Shown: piece by piece, positions 40,542-51,097 of the stretch
Layout of the letters: each line of letters opens with the position of its first letter
Numbering within the stretch: the first letter of the stretch is position 1
NCBI GenBank assembly: GCA_963827235.1
Contig: CAWHAE010000016.1
Coordinates: 1 to 64,000, forward strand
Length of the DNA stretch: 64,000 nucleotides
Source: an uncultured bacterium
Lineage (GTDB): Bacteria > Chloroflexota > UBA5177 > JANWHV01
Direction: 5' to 3'
The notes under the pieces: generated by a model
Databases searched by the model: none
What the model was told of the DNA's origin: nothing
Seen by the model: only the letters and a program-made list of their open reading frames with translations
Program-made: the position numbers and the translations under genes

Positions 40542-40715
40542 GAACAGGTCGCGGGCCGGCTCACATATGAATCTCGAAGGCTCGCGCGGGGCGCTGGTAT
40601 AACCGCGCGCCGCCCGACCGGCGGGCAAGCCGCTTGCCGCCGTAATTGCCAAGCCGCGAGCACACCGGGGCTCGTACGCATGTGGCAGGCTGCCGGCCGC
40701 GCCGCCGGCGCTAGC

Positions 40716-41462
40716 TCACTCCCTGTCGACGCCGCCATTAGCCTGGGCGAGCGCCGCTTGGCGCTCGCGGATGATCCGTATGACCCGCGTCGTCGAGGCG
40801 CTCTGCGTCACGGACCAGACGGCGAAGAAGAAAAGCACGCCGCCGACCGGAATTGCGATGAGCAGCGCGCTCACCAGGAGCAATGCGACCAACATGATGA
40901 TCGTGCTGCCGGGAGCAAGGATGGCCATGGCAACCGCGTTACGGATTACCAACCGCACGTCGATATCGCGCACCAGGAGCGGCCAGGCATAGCACCCCGC
41001 CAGCGCCCAGAGGACTGTCAGCAACAGAATGACCATCTCGGCAGCGAACGCCAGGGTGCCCCCAGTGCTCGAATAGAACCTGATCGAGAGTGCCAGAATG
41101 CCGCCGCTGAGCACCTGCACGCTAAGGAGCAGCCAACTGCGGCGAGCGTACTTCCGCATACCGGCGACGTAGCGCGCGAGCGACGTGCTCTCGCCCTCCG
41201 CGAAAAGGGTCCAACCATAGTTGAAGATGCCGGCGAACGCCGGACCGGCGACGCCAACTACAATGACGGCCGCCAACGCGATGCCGACGATCGAGCGCGC
41301 GAAGAGGACGGCCCCGACCAGCAGGCCGAACGCCAGCCCGGCGGCCAGCTGCACGGTGACCAGGAGGTTGAGCAGAATCAGCGATCCGAGATGTTCGTAG
41401 AAGGCGCTGAAAAGCCGCTTGAAGTAGCCCATCTTGATGGGCTCCAGCTCGGTCTGCTCCAT
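40716..41462 (-). CDS. DUF624/YesL-like membrane protein
   Basis: LNLL...GPA.AG and multiple transmembrane helices. Confidence 0.6.
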   Translation of the reverse strand: MEQTELEPIKMGYFKRLFSAFYEHLGSLILLNLLVTVQLAAGLAFGLLVGAVLFARSIVGIALAAVIVVGVAGPAFAGIFNYGWTLFAEGESTSLARYVAGMRKYARRSWLLLSVQVLSGGILALSIRFYSSTGGTLAFAAEMVILLLTVLWALAGCYAWPLLVRDIDVRLVIRNAVAMAILAPGSTIIMLVALLLVSALLIAIPVGGVLFFFAVWSVTQSASTTRVIRIIRERQAALAQANGGVDRE

Positions 41463-41803
41463 GCGCACTTCGCGTGCCAGCATATCCCACACGGAGTCCG
41501 AACTCGATCCACCCTCGCCGCCTCCGCCCGAACCATGGCTGTCGTCGAGCGGAGTAGCGGCACCCCAGCCCCGTGCGTCTCTCTCCTGCCGGTCTCGGCG
41601 AAGCCTCGCCATCTCTGCCCCATCTGCAACGAGCGCTCGCCTGCGCACCACCTGCAACGCCCCGGCGCCCTATCGTGCCCCTTCATTCTACTTCGCGCGC
41701 CCAGCCGCGCACAGGGCGGTGCGAGGGCAGTGCAGACGAGCGTCCCACAGGGCAGACAGATTGGCGGTCCGCCGGCGGGTCCTTTGGGACAGTCGGTGGG
41801 CAC

Positions 41804-44026
41804 TCAGGCTGCCTCGACCTTGGCTTCGCCCGACTCAGATCCTGCCGGAGCGACCGCCGCCGTGATACCGCGCGGGAACCAGGACCAGTCGCCGATCAGC
41901 ACGACCAGCGCCGGCACCGCCATGGTGCGCAGGATCACGGCGTCGAAGAGCACGCCGAAGGCGACGGCGAATCCGAGCTCGCGCAGGCCGGTCACGCTTG
42001 CCAGCATGAGCGTGCCAAAGGAGCCGGCCAGCACCAGGCCGCACGTGGTAATGATGCCGCCCGTGCGCTCCACCGCGTGCGCTACCGCCGCGCGATAGCT
42101 CGACGATCTGCCGAGCTCCTCGCGCACACGGCTAATCAGCAGGATGTTGTAGTCAGTCGCCAGGCCGATGAGCATGGTGAGAATCAGGAACGGCACCCAG
42201 AAGACCAGCCCGCTCTGACCGCCGAGTCCCTGGAAGACGATCGTGGTAGCCCCTACCGTCGTGCCCAGACTAAGGACGACAGTCACCAGCAGGTAGACCG
42301 GCGCCACCAGGGCCCGGACGAGCAGGGTCAGCACGACCAGGATACCGCCGAGCACGAAGAGCAGGATGCGGCCGAAGTCGCTTGAAATAACATCCTGGAG
42401 GTCGATGATCTGGGCGGTGGCACCATCCGTGTAGACATTGGCGCCTGGGAAGGCCGCTTGAGCGTCGGCGCGGATTGTCTTGACCAGCGACTTCGCCTGG
42501 CTACCGTACGGATCGTACGAGGTCGTGATCGTGAAGTGTGCCACCCTGCCGTCCCGGCTGAGGTTCTGATCCAGCGCGGCTGCGACCGCCTTGTTGGTGG
42601 CGAATGCCGCGTACGGCAAGGGCGCTCCCGCCGGCCGCGTGGGACCCTGGACCCCGCTGATGCCAGGCCTTGCCGCGATCGAGGCGTCCAGCCTGTCGAG
42701 CTTTGCCAGCAGAGGGCCGGTGCGCAGATTGCCCTGCGCCTGGATCACCAACCCACTGGGGAGGGCGTTGCCGGCCCCATAGTGCTGCTCGACCGCGTTG
42801 AACCCGCTGTGCGCCTCCACGTTCCGGCCAAGGTCCGACAGGAAGTTGAAGTCCTGGCCGACCCGCAGCAAGCCGAGGTTCAAAGGCACCATGAGCACCA
42901 GTACCACCGCGAGCGCCGCCAGTGGGCGAGCGGACACGGTTTGGCCAACTCGTTGCCAGAATGCCGAGGGCCGCGAGGCGTCCAGGCGGGCCGGCCAGAA
43001 GGCGCGCCTGCCGAGCAGGCGCAGAATCGACGGCGTGAGGGTCAGAGCGGCCAGGAGCGTGATTGCCACGCCGACCGCGACCGCCGGGCCGGTGGTGTTG
43101 AAGAGGCCGAAGCTGGCGAATGCCATCGCGCCCATACCGACAATGACCGCGGCCCCGCTCGACGCTATCGCCTCGCCGACGTGCGTCATCGTCTCGATCA
43201 CGGCGTCCTCGGGATCGCGGCCGGCAAGCAGCTCCTCCTTATACCGGCTCGCCAGGAACAAACAGTAATCGGTCCCGGCGCCGGCCAGAAGCACGATGAG
43301 GAAGATGGGCGTCTCCGACGACACGGTGAGCCAGTGCTTGCCGAGGAAGGCGACGACTCCGTTGGCGATGGTCAGGGCAACGCCAATCGTGCCGAGCGGC
43401 ACGATGAGCAGGGCAAGCGATCGGAAGACCGCGAGCAGAATCAAGAGCACAAGAGCCACGGTGGCAAATGTGGTGATCTGCGAGCTCTTGTCAACCTGCG
43501 TCTGGTAGTCCGCGTTGATCGCCACGTCGCCGGTGACCTGGGTGGAGACACCGTGATACGGATGCGATGCGATGTAGGCGCGCAGATGCTTGAGCGATTG
43601 CGCGGGTAGCGAGCTCGAATCGAGCTGTTGCCAGCCGACGCTGATCAGCGTGGCGCGACCGTCTTTGCTATCCAGAGTGCTCGCCAGCTGAGGGGTCAAC
43701 GAGTCGGAGACCACGCTCAGTGGCCGAGGTGCCAGCTTCGTGGCGGCGAAGCGCGAGTAATCGGCGACTGCCTGGCGGCGCGCCGCGGCAGGTCCGGCGG
43801 TCACGATCACGGCGCTCGATCGAGAGTAACTGTCGGGGAAGGCCTGCTGAAGGATTGCCGCGGCCTTCTGTGAGTTGTACGATTTCGGCAGGTAGCCGGC
43901 CTGGCTGGAATTGACCACGTCGCTCAGCTTGGGACCGAGTGCGGTGACGGCGATCAGCACGGCCAGCCAGGCGGCGATCACGGCGAAGGGAGCACGTGCG
44001 GCCAGAACTCCGAGACGGCGAAACAT
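41804..44026 (-). CDS. MMPL-family transporter
   Basis: GAGTDYCLFL..RY.EE, GLATDYNILL.SRVREE. Confidence 0.93.
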   Translation of the reverse strand: MFRRLGVLAARAPFAVIAAWLAVLIAVTALGPKLSDVVNSSQAGYLPKSYNSQKAAAILQQAFPDSYSRSSAVIVTAGPAAARRQAVADYSRFAATKLAPRPLSVVSDSLTPQLASTLDSKDGRATLISVGWQQLDSSSLPAQSLKHLRAYIASHPYHGVSTQVTGDVAINADYQTQVDKSSQITTFATVALVLLILLAVFRSLALLIVPLGTIGVALTIANGVVAFLGKHWLTVSSETPIFLIVLLAGAGTDYCLFLASRYKEELLAGRDPEDAVIETMTHVGEAIASSGAAVIVGMGAMAFASFGLFNTTGPAVAVGVAITLLAALTLTPSILRLLGRRAFWPARLDASRPSAFWQRVGQTVSARPLAALAVVLVLMVPLNLGLLRVGQDFNFLSDLGRNVEAHSGFNAVEQHYGAGNALPSGLVIQAQGNLRTGPLLAKLDRLDASIAARPGISGVQGPTRPAGAPLPYAAFATNKAVAAALDQNLSRDGRVAHFTITTSYDPYGSQAKSLVKTIRADAQAAFPGANVYTDGATAQIIDLQDVISSDFGRILLFVLGGILVVLTLLVRALVAPVYLLVTVVLSLGTTVGATTIVFQGLGGQSGLVFWVPFLILTMLIGLATDYNILLISRVREELGRSSSYRAAVAHAVERTGGIITTCGLVLAGSFGTLMLASVTGLRELGFAVAFGVLFDAVILRTMAVPALVVLIGDWSWFPRGITAAVAPAGSESGEAKVEAA

Positions 44027-44063
44027 TGAACGCTCCAGTTCCAGTGATATAATGTCAGCAGGC

Positions 44064-44108
44064 GAGTAATTACTCACATTTCTACAATATGAGTTTATGC
44101 TCACATTT
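44064..44108. promoter_or_regulatory. Tandem operator sites between the divergent MMPL and TetR genes
   Basis: GAGTAATTACTCACATTT and GAGTTTATGCTCACATTT, each with a palindromic core. Confidence 0.6.
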
Positions 44109-44125
44109 GTCAATAGGGTAGCAAG

Positions 44126-44782
44126 ATGATCGACACGTCGATGCGGCGGGTTCCCAGGCAGGGCCGGGCGCAGAAGAGGATCGAAGCTATCGTCGATGCC
44201 GCAGAAGAGGTGCTCCTATCGTCCGGCTACAGCGGCTTGACGACCAACGCGATCGCCGCGCGCGCCGGCGCCTCAATCGGTACGCTGTACCAGTTCTTTC
44301 CCAATAAGGACGCCATCGTGGCGGCGCTGGCTGAGCGCTACCTTGATTGCATGCGCCGGGCACTGGAGCTGCTGCAAGCACCGGTAGCGGTCGACATGAG
44401 CCCGTCCGAGTGGATCGACCAGGCAGTGGACGGCCTCATCCGCATCCATCTCGACCGGCCCGGTTTCGACATCCTCTTCTGCGACTCCGGCATCTCACCC
44501 GATCTCGCGGAGGCCGACAAAGCCCTGCAGCGGGAAACGTTCGAGCGCGTGGTGGAGGTACTGTCCTGCTGGGCGCCGTGGCTGCCGGCGGCGGTGCACG
44601 TGCGCCATGCCATGGTCGGCATTGCCGTCGTGAAGGCAGTCCTGCCGCTGGCCCAGAACCCGGACTATGCGCCAGGCGTGATCGACGATGTGAAGACGCT
44701 GCTCAACACCTATCTGGAGCCGCACTACGGGCTGAGCGCTCGCGGCTCGGCTCGCGATACGTTCGCCCCTGCCACCGGCTGA
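44126..44782 (+). CDS. TetR-family regulator
   Basis: TTNAIAARAGASIGTLYQFFPNK. Confidence 0.93.
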   Translation: MIDTSMRRVPRQGRAQKRIEAIVDAAEEVLLSSGYSGLTTNAIAARAGASIGTLYQFFPNKDAIVAALAERYLDCMRRALELLQAPVAVDMSPSEWIDQAVDGLIRIHLDRPGFDILFCDSGISPDLAEADKALQRETFERVVEVLSCWAPWLPAAVHVRHAMVGIAVVKAVLPLAQNPDYAPGVIDDVKTLLNTYLEPHYGLSARGSARDTFAPATG

Positions 44783-44928
44783 GGCGCGTTCGCCGGCATC
44801 CGGCTGCTCAGCCCACGCCGGCTCCGCTCGCGGCGCTTCGGCGTGGCTCGCTCCAGCCCGGCAAACATGATGTGACGGCAGTCGGCCTCAGCGCTGACCC
44901 GCCACAATGGGCGACGCGGGCAAGCCGA

Positions 44929-46563
44929 TTACGGCGCCGGCAGCCGGTAGAGCGCCAGCGCACCGTATGTCGGATCTTTGAACGCAAACAGCAAGGTTCC
45001 GTGCGATCCCAGCCAGTTATAGAGCGCGGGCGTCCCCACATCGTAGCCTTCCGAGATCAGGGTAGAGCTCACAATGGCGAACTGATCGCGGCGCTGTTCG
45101 ACCTGCTGAAGCGTGCCCAGATAGTCGTCCTGATAGCCCTGATTGAGCAACAGCGCATTGGCCGGCAGATTCGTCGCGGCGATGCGGCTGCCCTGCGGCA
45201 CGTGCTCCTGCATGTATGCCAGGAGCCGCTGAAAGCCGTTGTCAAGTGTGGTATGGCGGTCCACCCAGCGGTAGCCTGCCCATCCGAGAAAGAGCACCAA
45301 CGCTACCGAGGCTGCCACGGTGGCCCAGCGATGCCACGCCTCGGGAAGCGAGCGCGAGCGAAGTACCTGCGCCGCCGCGGTCACGTCCGCCACGAGCGCC
45401 GGTGCTACGACGTAGTAGTAGTACTGCTCCTCGTTGGTGCCGAACTTGACGCTATACGCCTGCAACGCGTACGCGCAAAGGGTCCAGACCGCCAGTGCTC
45501 GTGCCGCGCCATCGGTCTGCAACAGCAAGTAGACGACTGCCACCGCGCCGAGGCCCAGCACCACGTACGTCGTCGCGTACTGATCGAGATTTGTCATAAG
45601 GGCATGCGTAAAGCTGGGCGACTGGCTCACGCCGCCGTTCGCTCCGCCTCCGGCGGTTGCCGCCGTGCCTCCAGCACGGGAAGAATAGCCGTACCCGGAG
45701 ATGCGCAGCGCGCCGAACAGACGACGTACACCGTCGGTCTTGGCTTGCCAAAACACGGTCCACTGGCCGGCCGCCGCCATGATGACGGCGAACATGCCAT
45801 AGAGCAGGCACGGAACGAGTCCGATCAGCACTGCCTGGCGGCGGGCTATCGACCAGCCCAGCACGAAGAGGATCGCCAGAGGCAGGAGCGTGTGAAACGC
45901 CGTCTGCTCGTCGGTCAGCAGCGCGGCGCTGAAGGCCAGACCCACCGCGCAGACCCGCCAGCCGGAGAGCGAGCTGCGTTGTTCGGTGAAGAGCGCAGCG
46001 TAGCCTGCCAGCACCCAGAGCAAGGCCGACGGCTGCAGCAGGTCCCGGCTGCCGATTGTGATCAAGAAGGGATCCAGAGCGAAGATCGCCGCCGCGGCGA
46101 TTCCGGCCCACCAGCCTGCCACGCGTCGCGCGATCAGAAACAGCATGCTCGCCGACAGGCCTGCCATTACCACGTTGAAATAGCGAGCGTCGAGCACGAG
46201 CTGGACCGGGCTGCCAGTGTGAGAGAACAGTCGCAGGTAGGCGCCCTCAAGGACGAACATCAGCGGAGGGTGGACGTAGGCGGTACTGCTCGCAAATTCA
46301 ATCTTGAAAGTCTGCGCAAAGCCCTCGGAAATCTGACTGTATACGACCTCGTCGTAGTATACGTCGAAGGCATGCGCAAGGTTGACGGCGCGCAGCGCGA
46401 AGGCGAGCAAAGCAACGGCAACCGCGATCACGAGCAGCGCCACACGAGACCGTGTCCGGCCGGTCTCGATGCCGGCGGACCGTAGACCTGCTGAATGCTC
46501 CGAGGTGAACGGCGCCCTGTCGGCGGTGCGCGGAAGCGCGAGCCCTTTTCCTGTATAGTCCAT
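44929..46563 (-). CDS. ArnT/GT39-like membrane glycosyltransferase
   Basis: DE..Y and HPPL motifs; many transmembrane helices. Confidence 0.8.
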   Translation of the reverse strand: MDYTGKGLALPRTADRAPFTSEHSAGLRSAGIETGRTRSRVALLVIAVAVALLAFALRAVNLAHAFDVYYDEVVYSQISEGFAQTFKIEFASSTAYVHPPLMFVLEGAYLRLFSHTGSPVQLVLDARYFNVVMAGLSASMLFLIARRVAGWWAGIAAAAIFALDPFLITIGSRDLLQPSALLWVLAGYAALFTEQRSSLSGWRVCAVGLAFSAALLTDEQTAFHTLLPLAILFVLGWSIARRQAVLIGLVPCLLYGMFAVIMAAAGQWTVFWQAKTDGVRRLFGALRISGYGYSSRAGGTAATAGGGANGGVSQSPSFTHALMTNLDQYATTYVVLGLGAVAVVYLLLQTDGAARALAVWTLCAYALQAYSVKFGTNEEQYYYYVVAPALVADVTAAAQVLRSRSLPEAWHRWATVAASVALVLFLGWAGYRWVDRHTTLDNGFQRLLAYMQEHVPQGSRIAATNLPANALLLNQGYQDDYLGTLQQVEQRRDQFAIVSSTLISEGYDVGTPALYNWLGSHGTLLFAFKDPTYGALALYRLPAP

Positions 46564-47296
46564 GGACACTCGTCTCCTTGTCGCGATAACAAGACATCGA
46601 GCTGAGCAGGGGACCGTCCGCATGTCCAGGCATGGCCAGCCGACAAGAGGCGGTCGCTGGGGGTGGTAAGAGGTCAGGCCCAGCCAAGCAAGAATCATGC
46701 TTCGACCTTGCGACCGGGACCGCGTGCTACTGACGCACGATCCGTGCGTTTGACCAGGGACGTGAGCTCAGCCCGCCGGGCCGGCGGAAGTCGTCAGATT
46801 GACGGCTACAACATTACTGCATGTCTCTGCGCTTGCTTCTACCGCGCTGCCGCATTGGCAGCCGCCCAGGCAAGAGACCGCATCCCGTGCACCGTCGCCG
46901 GAGTCGCAAGCTAACTCCCGGCAGCCCCATCGCCTGCAAACGCCGGGAAGCCCTCGGCATGCTTCGATCGGCGAATAGGCGGCAGCTCCATCGCCGCCGC
47001 GGCACGAGGCTGATCATAGCATATCTACAGGCATCACTTGTAAAACTGCCGCCCGAGGAGCCCACTAGGTAATGCGATGCTCGCGGCCGGCCCCCAAAAA
47101 GCTACCGCCGGCGATGATGCCGGAGCTAGTCTGCCGATGGCACCGCGCTGGCGGTGCCATCGGAATCCGGATCGGCCGCAGCATGCGCGGAGACCGTCCG
47201 TCGCACCGGCCCGCCCACCCTCTCATTTACGTGAGATAGTCTCCGGCGGACCAGGCGAGGTGCGGGCTGCCTATCCGGCCAGCGGCTAACGGAAGA

Positions 47297-48421
47297 CTAC
47301 CAGCGGAATCGGTACACCGTCGTTGAATCGAACGATTCGCCGGGCCTCAGCAGCGTGCTGGGGAAATGGGGGTGATGCGGAGAGTCCGGGAAGTGTTGCG
47401 TCTCCAGACAGAATCCGTCGCCCTGTCGCGCGGACTTGCCACATGCCAGCAGTGCGCTCCCGTCCAGGAAGTTCCCGCTGTACACCTGGATACCCGGCTC
47501 GGTGGTCAGGCATTCCAGGGTTCGACCGCTCCTGGGCTCGTGCACGGTCGCAGCCGGAGCAAGAGAGCCGTCGGGCACGCCCGCGCGGTCGAGTACGAAG
47601 TTGTGGTCGATGCCATGAGCGAGCATCAGCTGCTCGAATTTGTCGCGGATGGTAGAGCCGATCGGCCTGGGAGATGTGAAGTCGAGCGCCGTGCCGGCCA
47701 CCGGCTCGACGGCCCCCGTCGGAACGAGATTCTGGTCGACCGGCGTATACCTGTTCGCGCTCAGCCTCATTACATGGTCGTAGACCGACCCGCTCCCCTG
47801 ACCGGCCAGATTGAAGTAGGTGTGGTTCGTCAAGTTAAGCACTGTAGCTTTGTCGGTGACGGCGCGATAGTGGATTTCCAGCGAGTTGTCGTTCGTGAGC
47901 GTGTATGTCACCTCGACAGAAAGGGAGCCGGGATAACCTTCCTCACCGTCCGGGCTCACACGCGTCAGACGCAGGCCCGAATTGCCGTCCGCGGCAAACG
48001 GCGCGGCGGTCCACACCTTGCTGTTGAATCCATGTGCGCCCCCGTGCAGAGAGTTCGCTCCATCGTTGAGCGCCGCCTTGTAGCCTACACCGTCGACGCT
48101 GTACGCTCCGCCGGCGATCCTGTTTCCGTAGCGCCCGATGATGGCACCAAAGTAGGCATGGTCATGGAGGTAGCCGGACGCGCCTGCATAGCCGAGCACC
48201 ACGTTGGCCACGGTACCGAAGGCGTCAGGCACCTCGATCGACTGGACGATGCCGCCAAGGTCGAGAATTCGCACTTTCATGCCCCGGGCGTTGGCCAGCG
48301 TATATCGTTGTACTTGCCGACCGTCGAACTCTCCGAAGGACTCGCTGGATACGTCGCCGGCTCGCCCCGCATTACCCGCAGCTGGACTGCCGTGCGAACC
48401 GGGCTCGATGCGCTCGCTCAT
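47297..48421 (-). CDS. galM: Aldose 1-epimerase
   Basis: GRYGNRI, LHGG, NLTNHTYFNL, CLETQ.FPD. Confidence 0.94.
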   Translation of the reverse strand: MSERIEPGSHGSPAAGNAGRAGDVSSESFGEFDGRQVQRYTLANARGMKVRILDLGGIVQSIEVPDAFGTVANVVLGYAGASGYLHDHAYFGAIIGRYGNRIAGGAYSVDGVGYKAALNDGANSLHGGAHGFNSKVWTAAPFAADGNSGLRLTRVSPDGEEGYPGSLSVEVTYTLTNDNSLEIHYRAVTDKATVLNLTNHTYFNLAGQGSGSVYDHVMRLSANRYTPVDQNLVPTGAVEPVAGTALDFTSPRPIGSTIRDKFEQLMLAHGIDHNFVLDRAGVPDGSLAPAATVHEPRSGRTLECLTTEPGIQVYSGNFLDGSALLACGKSARQGDGFCLETQHFPDSPHHPHFPSTLLRPGESFDSTTVYRFRW

Positions 48422-48430
48422 GCTGGCTCC

Positions 48431-48649
48431 TGTCGTCACTCCGGCAGAATCCACGTTGCAGGGAGACCTGCCTGCCGAACATGTCCTCCCCTTCCGGGGT
48501 TCATCCTAACAGTTTGGCCGGGTCGCCGGGGCCAGGCGCCGCGGTGCACACGGTCAAGCACGCAGAGCGGCCCCGGCCGCGCGAGAACCGTCTATTGCCG
48601 GGCCAAGGTGGAACCCTCAGGAGCAACGTGAGCTCCGCGCCTGGCGGCA
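48431..48649 (+). ncRNA. Candidate 6S-like rod-shaped RNA
   Basis: Nested inverted repeats with internal bubbles; G-U pairs favour the + strand. Confidence 0.3.
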
Positions 48650-48752
48650 CCCGCACGCGGGTCCCCAGAAACTCTCCACTATGGGTCGTGGGCCATCGTA
48701 TACCCACGCCGCCGAGGCAGCGCCCGGCTTGACTCCAGACCGCCGGCAGAGT

Positions 48753-49757
48753 TCAGGGCTCGCGGCGCGACCGCAGCCTGGTTGCCACGGCGTGAGGCAT
48801 GAGCCGGACAGCCCGCACGAGGTCTACGGCCATTTCTATCCCGTTCCCGCTCGTCAGGGGCCAGCGCAGAGCGGCTGCCAGGCACCGCACCCGGTCCGCG
48901 AGGCTCAGCCGCACTTCGAACACCGACTTCACCAGCTCGACCAGGATACGCCAGGCAGGAAACGTGATCCTGCCCTGCCTCGAGGGGTTGAACCACCACA
49001 TGCGATCGAACCGGCTGGACCGGACCGACTGCGCAGCGTGGCTGCGGGAGTAGAACAGATACTCGGGTACCTCACGGAACTCACCCATGAGACCAAGCCT
49101 GGCTAGAAGCACGCGGTCTGAGCCGGCATAGGGCGCGATGAGCGGCGTCTTGCGCAGCACCGCGAGGCGGATGAGGCCGGATCCTTCGTAGCAACCGTGC
49201 GGGCCGATAGCAAGATCACTAAAGCGCACGGCGGGAGACGGCGCGTCCGTGCGCAGGCGCAGCGTGATCCGCGCGCTTTCTCGCCCTTGCTCGTCGATCT
49301 TGAGCGTGCGCGGGCTTGCAAGCACCGCGCCGGGCGCCCGGTCGAGCGCCTCCACACAGGCCTCGAGGAACCGCGGCGCGAGCACGTCGTCGTGGGAGGC
49401 CCACTTGAGGTACTCGCCGCGAGCAAGCTCCACGGTGTGGTTGAAATTCCAGGATCCGCCGCGGTTCCGCGCGTGACGGTAGTAGCGGATGCGGGGATCC
49501 CGATCGGCGTACTCCTTGCAGATCTCTTCCGTCTGGTCGGTCGACGCGTTGTCGGAGATGATCAGCTCGAAATCGGAGAAGGTTTGCGCCAGGATCGAAT
49601 CGATAGCCACACGCAAGTACTTGCCGCCGTTATAGACGGGCAGACAGACGCTCACCCGCGGTGCGCCGCAACCCGTGGCTTCCTGGTTTTCTGCCAGGCC
49701 GGTATCCGCCGGCTTCTCGACCGGTTCCGGTACCGTGTGACGTGTTCGTGTGATCAT
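48753..49757 (-). CDS. GT2 glycosyltransferase
   Basis: LPVYNG, SDNASTD, SHDD. Confidence 0.92.
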   Translation of the reverse strand: MITRTRHTVPEPVEKPADTGLAENQEATGCGAPRVSVCLPVYNGGKYLRVAIDSILAQTFSDFELIISDNASTDQTEEICKEYADRDPRIRYYRHARNRGGSWNFNHTVELARGEYLKWASHDDVLAPRFLEACVEALDRAPGAVLASPRTLKIDEQGRESARITLRLRTDAPSPAVRFSDLAIGPHGCYEGSGLIRLAVLRKTPLIAPYAGSDRVLLARLGLMGEFREVPEYLFYSRSHAAQSVRSSRFDRMWWFNPSRQGRITFPAWRILVELVKSVFEVRLSLADRVRCLAAALRWPLTSGNGIEMAVDLVRAVRLMPHAVATRLRSRREP

Positions 49758-49818
49758 GGTCGCTCATTTCGGCGCAGTCGTGCACCCGCACATGCCAACT
49801 CGGTCAATCATTCCTATC

Positions 49819-51097
49819 CTAGAATATTCTTTCACCCATCGCAACCCGAAGAACGGGCCTGGCAAGGACGGCTGCCTCGATGCAGGTGGCCACGAACACG
49901 CCTATGCTCAGGCCCTGCAGTCCATCCATCGTGGCCCCCTTCGTAGCCAGAAGCAGCTTCAGGGCGCTACCGGCGAGCACGTAGGGAGCAGCTCCCGCCG
50001 GGCGGCCGCGGAGGCGCTGGATGGCGGCAAAATGCTCGCGAATTGTCAGGGGAACGGCGCCCAGCGAGAACATCACCAGCGGCACGGCGGCGTTTCGCGC
50101 GTAGCTCAGGCCGAATACGTCGAGGATCGGCACCGCCGCCGGCACCAAGACCAGGCTCGCAAGAGTCGTGCAGGCCAGGGACACGGCAAGGGTGAAGCGC
50201 AGACGCGCCACGATCGCCGACGGATCCGAGGCACCGACCGCGTACAGCACGGTGGCCAGGGCCGTGGGCACCACGTACACGAGCGCGCTGATCAGGGCCG
50301 CGATACTGTAGTAGGCGTTGGTCGTCGTGGAGAGTATTGCTGCAACGACAAGCGGCATGGAGAGACTGTAGATCTGCAGCGTCGTGTTGAGCACATGGTG
50401 GCTGAGAGCCTGCCAACCGAGGCTGCGAATGATGGTGAGGCTGGGCGGGCGGACGTGCCGAGCCGCGCCCGTCTGAGCCGCCATCGCAACAAGGCAGACT
50501 ACCAGGCCGAACACCCAGGTAGCGAAGATCGTGAGTCCGCTGTGTGCCGCCAACGCCGACGCGACAATCAGCGCCGCCAGCTTGGAGGCGCCGAACACCG
50601 AGTTTCTCCATATCTGCAGCGATGAGCCGCAGGAGACCAACCACAGCCTGGTCGAGCACCAGAGTCACCGACGTCAGAGCCACGCCCAGCGCAAAGAGCG
50701 AGATGGTAGCCGGGTTCTCGGAGAGCTCGCGAAGGCCGCTCGATATGTGCGAGGCGGCCATGGCCATCCCTATGCCAAGCACCGCTCCCGCAGCGGCAGC
50801 CACGAGCAGTGCGGTGCCGAGGAGCTGCGCACGTTGTTCCGGACGGCGCGGCAGCTCACCGATCAGCAAGGTGCCGAGCCCGAGCATGCCGAGGGTTCCC
50901 ATCAAGCTCATGCCGGCGTTCGCAGCCGAGGCGAATCCAACCGCCGAAGGCTGAAACCATCTGGCAGCCACCCACCAGAACGGCACGCCCAGCACCATGT
51001 TGACCGCATTGGTGGTCAGAATCGAGCCAGCATTGCTCAGGACCGTCCAGTGGAAGCTCTTCAGCGCTGGGATGCGCGCAATGCGCGGACTAACCAC
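49819..51097 (-). CDS. Wzx-like polysaccharide flippase with one frameshift at about 50625
   Basis: Two overlapping transmembrane-rich ORFs (49967-51097 and 49819-50640). Confidence 0.75.

Noticed and set aside
26037-51097. Programmed frameshifts in the GNAT (~26554) and flippase (~50625) genes
   Set aside because: Isolated indels in unrelated genes, one at a homopolymer; sequencing error is more likely
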